From: a candidate division FCPU426 bacterium
GTDB taxonomy: Bacteria > Oederibacteriota > Muellerivitia > Muellerivitales > Muellerivitaceae
Assembly: GCA_963847625.1 (NCBI GenBank)
Contig: CAWKAR010000045.1
Location: 111,809 to 175,808 of the forward strand
Length of the DNA: 64,000 bases
Direction: 5' to 3'
The notes under the pieces are model-generated. The model was not told the origin of the DNA and did no database searches. It was given only the letters and a program-made list of their open reading frames with translations. Position 1 is the first letter of the stretch. The number at the start of each line of letters is the position of its first letter. Both the position numbers and the translations under genes were made by a program. Below are positions 60,003-64,000 of this stretch, in pieces.

Positions 60003-62171
60003 GTGTCCGAAGACAAAGCCGTCCTCATTAAAACCGCTTATTCCTACTATCAAAAGGGTGATTGGGATAAGGCCATCGAGGAATACCACAAGCTGGCCGA
60101 TTTGGACGCCAAGGACCTGAACGTCCATAACATGCTGGCCGATATTTACGCGAAAAAAGGGGACGTCTCCGAAGCCCTCCAACAATACGATCTTGTCGCC
60201 CAGGGATTCGACCAGAAAAATCTCGTGGACAAGGTTCTCCAAGTTTACAAACGCATGTTGAAGCTCACCCCTAACGACCCAGACCTCTTGGCGGCCGTCA
60301 AAAACCTCATGGACAAGTACATGAGTCGGGCGACGCAAGCCGAGGAAAAAGAGCCGGAAAAAGCCGCAGAGATATACCGTTCCATCCTCAAGGCCGAACC
60401 TACCCGGATCGACGCGAATTTCCAGTATTCAAAGCTCCTGATGAAATCCGGGAAGAAATTCGAGGCCATTGAGGGTTTGATGGCACTGACTGCTTCCTTG
60501 GACCCCGAAACCCAGACGGGAAAGCTTGTCGAAATCCTTAAATTAGTGGCGGACCTCGACCCGATGAACATCGATGCCCGGGAAAAGCTCGTCGAACTAC
60601 TGGAAAAAGGCAAGATGATCGACGCAGCCGTTAAAAGCCTCCAGGACCTGATCGAGATTTTCATCAGCCGAAACGATTTCGGAAAGGCGGAGGAGGCGGC
60701 CAAAAAAGCCATCCAGCTCGGCGACCAAAATACTTATTACCACTTGGGAGTCGTTTATTTCAACCAGCAAAAATATGATGAAAGCCGGGCCGCGTTCGAG
60801 AAATTCCTTCAACAGCAAGGCGCCCATGTCGGCGCCCTGAAATATCTGGCGCTGGTATTCCTTCGATTGAATCGGAACCAGGACGCAGTACAAGTTTACC
60901 TGAAAATACTAGGCGTTTATTACAACGAGAACCTGCTGGACGAGGCCCGAGAGGTGCGCCAAACCATCCTGGAGTTGGATCCTGAGAACTCGGACGTCAA
61001 GAAATATTCATTAGATAAGGATTTACCTGCTCCCATCCCCCAGCAGCCTGATGCGGCTGTCCTGGAGGCCGCCCGTCAAGAGGAGGAACTTCAGATCCGT
61101 AATACCATCTCCCAGGCTGAAGGTTTTTCGGAAAAAGGGCTTTACGAGCAGGCCATCGACGTTTACCTCGATATGCTGAAAAAGTGGCCTCAGTTATCCG
61201 ATATCCGGGTGAGGCTTCAACAGGTTTACGCCCTGATGGCGAGAGCCATGGAACCTCCCGAGAAACGCCTATCGCCGGATGAGATCAAATCCGAACTTGA
61301 AAAGGAATTACGGGAGCAAATTCGTCACGAACTCGAGGAACAGGCGAAACAGGCGAAGGAAGTCCAAAATGAGATGGAACGAAAGAGGGAAATGGACCAG
61401 ATGAAAATGAAGCAGGAATTGGAAACGAAAATATTGGAACAGGTCCAACGCTCCCAGGAGGAGGATTTACGCCAGCGATTAAATAAGGAATTCGAGGAGA
61501 AGCAACGTCTTCTTGACCTGGACCGGGAGCGCCTGGAAAAAGAAAAGGCCCAATCCTACGAGCGGCTTAAATCCGAGTTGGAGGAAACAAAATCCTCCCT
61601 GGAGAAGAAAATCCGGGAGGAAATTGAGATTGAAATACAGGAGAAAAACAGGATCTCGGCGGAGCTTGAAAAGGAAAAATTAAGGAACGCTCACCGGGAG
61701 GAAATCGAAAATGAAATTCAGGAAAAGAAAAAGATTTCGGAAGCCCTAGAAAAAGAAAAATCACGGAACGCCCAAATGAAGGAACTCCTCAACCAGGAGG
61801 AGGAACAGCGCAAGCAATACGACCTGCGGAAAAAGGAACAGGAGGAGGACCGGGCCCGCATCAACCAGGAAATCCTTCAGGGCATGGAAAGGCTGCGTCT
61901 GGAGAAAGAGCGGGAAACCAAATCCTCAGGCACTCCACTCATTACCCTGGCACCCGGGATGGAAAACAACCATGAACCAACTAAAACGGGGAAATCCTCG
62001 CAGGAAAGCCTGGAAGACCCCTTTATTCGGCAAACCCTCGCCGATATCTATGCCAAGCAGGGCCTTTTCGTCGAGGCTCTTAAAATCTACGAAAAAATCC
62101 TGCTGGATGAGCCTGATAACCAGGATGTGAAGGAAAAATTGAGGAATATACTTCGGATGAAAGGCATATAG
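60003..62171 (+). CDS. TPR protein with long charged coiled coil and C-terminal TPR
   Basis: N-terminal TPRs, E/K/Q-rich helix, TLADIYAKQGLFVEALKIYEKIL; GTG start after AAGGAG. Confidence 0.85.
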   Translation: MSEDKAVLIKTAYSYYQKGDWDKAIEEYHKLADLDAKDLNVHNMLADIYAKKGDVSEALQQYDLVAQGFDQKNLVDKVLQVYKRMLKLTPNDPDLLAAVKNLMDKYMSRATQAEEKEPEKAAEIYRSILKAEPTRIDANFQYSKLLMKSGKKFEAIEGLMALTASLDPETQTGKLVEILKLVADLDPMNIDAREKLVELLEKGKMIDAAVKSLQDLIEIFISRNDFGKAEEAAKKAIQLGDQNTYYHLGVVYFNQQKYDESRAAFEKFLQQQGAHVGALKYLALVFLRLNRNQDAVQVYLKILGVYYNENLLDEAREVRQTILELDPENSDVKKYSLDKDLPAPIPQQPDAAVLEAARQEEELQIRNTISQAEGFSEKGLYEQAIDVYLDMLKKWPQLSDIRVRLQQVYALMARAMEPPEKRLSPDEIKSELEKELREQIRHELEEQAKQAKEVQNEMERKREMDQMKMKQELETKILEQVQRSQEEDLRQRLNKEFEEKQRLLDLDRERLEKEKAQSYERLKSELEETKSSLEKKIREEIEIEIQEKNRISAELEKEKLRNAHREEIENEIQEKKKISEALEKEKSRNAQMKELLNQEEEQRKQYDLRKKEQEEDRARINQEILQGMERLRLEKERETKSSGTPLITLAPGMENNHEPTKTGKSSQESLEDPFIRQTLADIYAKQGLFVEALKIYEKILLDEPDNQDVKEKLRNILRMKGI

Positions 62172-62273
62172 CGGGATTTTTCACCAGCCGCAATCTCTTT
62201 AAACCATCGGTTTTATCCCCTTGCGACGATTCCAGTGCCTATCCACGAGCCATTTAAGTTTACTGCCATGGGT

Positions 62274-64000
62274 TTAATGTCTTAAAAGGTTCTCAACGAT
62301 ATTTTTCGCCGACAAATTGCCCGGTTGTTCTCTTAATACTCGTTCCATGCAGGGCAAAGCCCGATCGTTTCGTTTATTCAGGTAATACAGGTAACCTAAG
62401 TTGTAAAAAAGGTCGGAATATCTGCCTTGAGTGCGCCGGATGGCCTCCAGGAACAACGGTTCCGCGACATTTGGACGGTCGTTTCGGGCGCAGAAAATTC
62501 CCAGGGTGGAAAGACCGTTTGGATAATCCGCTGGTTTATAAAAATCCTCTAATAAACACCTAAAAGCGGAAGGCGAGGGCTTTTGAATCAATGATGAGGC
62601 TTCCTGCGACAGGGAAGTGGAAATACTCCTTTCCCCCAAGAGCCGGTCATAATTCAGGGCCCTGACTTTTTCAGCGTAGCCCTTTCTCAAATAAACCGCG
62701 TCGGATTCGTCCAAATAGGCTAAGCGCCATTCAGGCATTTCCTTGAGTTGGAAAATCCATTGAGGCGGGTCATTCAGACTTAAAAATATAATCTTGATTT
62801 GGTATTTTTCAACCAGGGCGCTCAATCCACCGGGACGCAATGACGATATATATTCGGTGAATAAATCCCTGCCCATAACGTGCAGTCGGCCGTCAATAAA
62901 TGTTTTTTGCCGGCCTTGCCACTCAAGCCAATCTCCAGGATCGAGCGAATTTAGGATGCGGCCCGTTAATTGGTTTTGGGCGAGGAATTGGGCGGCCCGA
63001 ATAGGCTGCAGTTCTTGGTTGATACCGAGCCCGAAACGTTCCGCGCGTCTGGAAGAGACATAATAAGCACTGGTGACGACCCGCAAGCAGAGGGCGAAAA
63101 CAAGAAAAGTGAAAACCCAGGCGCAAATCGGTTTTGCCAATAGGGTTTCAGGGTATTTCCTTTTCCAATTCCAATCCAAGTCTCTCCAACAGGAGGCCGC
63201 AATCGGGGCGCATGCCAGCATAAAAAAGGGGATATTGCGCAAGGCGGTCGCTGAAAGGCCGAAAAAAGCGAGGATCACGAGGAACTCGTGAACTTTTCTT
63301 TTTTTGAAAGTGGAAATAACAAGGAACAAGAGGAAAAAGCTGGAGAGCATGTAGGTGATAATGCTTATGTACTGGGCTGAAAGGGCGAGCCCATTCAAAC
63401 CCCATGGGGATTTTAATTCCTGGACGTAATTTTTAAATAAATCACTGGAGTTCAACTCCGCCAGGTGTTTAAAAGGGAAATAAAGTCCTTTTATGAAATA
63501 CGGATTCAAAAAAGTGGCTGCCAGGGCCAGTACGGAACAAAAGAAAAATTTCCGGTCAATCTTGTGAGAATGAAAATAAAAAGAAGCGCAATAAAAAAAG
63601 ATCAGCCCCCAACCGATGAAAAAGAGGCCCTCCGTATTAACCCAAACCCATTGGATCAATGGAAGAAGAAATAAACGGTTCCGGTTCGTCCACGACTCAA
63701 GAACCCAAAGGGTCAGGCCCATGAGGACCCAACTTAGGATTTCAGGGCGCGTCCTGAAACGGAATTCAGCGGAAAGAATGATCGCCGTGAATAAAAGAAC
63801 GCTGAACCAAAGAGGGGCCCCGGTCCGGAGTAATCGCGCAATGACCAAAACGAACGCAGCGAGGATCAACCCAATGTGAAGCAAGGAAAGAATCGTATAA
63901 CCGCCAATTTTATACGCCAAATATAGCGGAACTTGATATAGCCATTCCATGTCGGTATAGGCATGGTCCGGTACGGTATAGGTAAAGGGGTCTTGGGATG
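62274..64000 (-). CDS. Polytopic membrane protein with C-terminal TPR (5' end outside window)
   Basis: Frame open to the window edge (..DPFTYTVPDHAYTDMEWLYQ); many TM helices; RPE, WVNTEG.F, NPY, FIDGR motifs; C-terminal TPR. Confidence 0.75.
   Translation of the reverse strand, partial: SQDPFTYTVPDHAYTDMEWLYQVPLYLAYKIGGYTILSLLHIGLILAAFVLVIARLLRTGAPLWFSVLLFTAIILSAEFRFRTRPEILSWVLMGLTLWVLESWTNRNRLFLLPLIQWVWVNTEGLFFIGWGLIFFYCASFYFHSHKIDRKFFFCSVLALAATFLNPYFIKGLYFPFKHLAELNSSDLFKNYVQELKSPWGLNGLALSAQYISIITYMLSSFFLLFLVISTFKKRKVHEFLVILAFFGLSATALRNIPFFMLACAPIAASCWRDLDWNWKRKYPETLLAKPICAWVFTFLVFALCLRVVTSAYYVSSRRAERFGLGINQELQPIRAAQFLAQNQLTGRILNSLDPGDWLEWQGRQKTFIDGRLHVMGRDLFTEYISSLRPGGLSALVEKYQIKIIFLSLNDPPQWIFQLKEMPEWRLAYLDESDAVYLRKGYAEKVRALNYDRLLGERSISTSLSQEASSLIQKPSPSAFRCLLEDFYKPADYPNGLSTLGIFCARNDRPNVAEPLFLEAIRRTQGRYSDLFYNLGYLYYLNKRNDRALPCMERVLREQPGNLSAKNIVENLLRH

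Overview
64-kb bacterial chromosome segment from a diderm, LPS-making organism. The lineage cannot be assigned from sequence alone; the mix of Firmicutes/Thermotoga-type Che proteins, an LpxC-FabZ fusion and a SprA-like protein suggests an uncultured or poorly studied phylum. Left to right: (1) an unusual chemosensory cluster: TPR proteins, an MshEN-like/CheW fusion, a divergent P-II protein, 2x CheY, 2x CheC, CheD, CheW, CheB, CheA, then a degenerate GGDEF protein; no MCP or CheR is visible in the window; (2) dprA-topA, argB, nrdR, DUF1015; (3) an accessory patch with an IS30-family element, an AT-rich membrane-protein gene split by an IS3-family element, and a ~780-bp three-block short-repeat array; (4) yjbQ, a ferredoxin-like gene and tmRNA with a degenerate duplicate of its 3' end; (5) PilZ, skp-lpxD-lpxC/fabZ-lpxA-lpxI and lptF/lptG; (6) a ~2000-aa SprA-like outer-membrane protein overlapping a ~1580-aa Fn3/Thr-Pro-rich protein with a T9SS-CTD/FlgD-like C-terminus; (7) comF, gap, nfeD/SPFH, pgk, tpiA, secG, LacI, lnt, argC, tRNA-Glu, cyclophilin, LacI plus a modular glycoside hydrolase, and TPR proteins. 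Strongest leads: the SprA-like translocon/cargo pair, the nucleotide-sensing chemosensory cluster, and the unexplained repeat array. All product calls come from motif recognition by eye; no searches were run.
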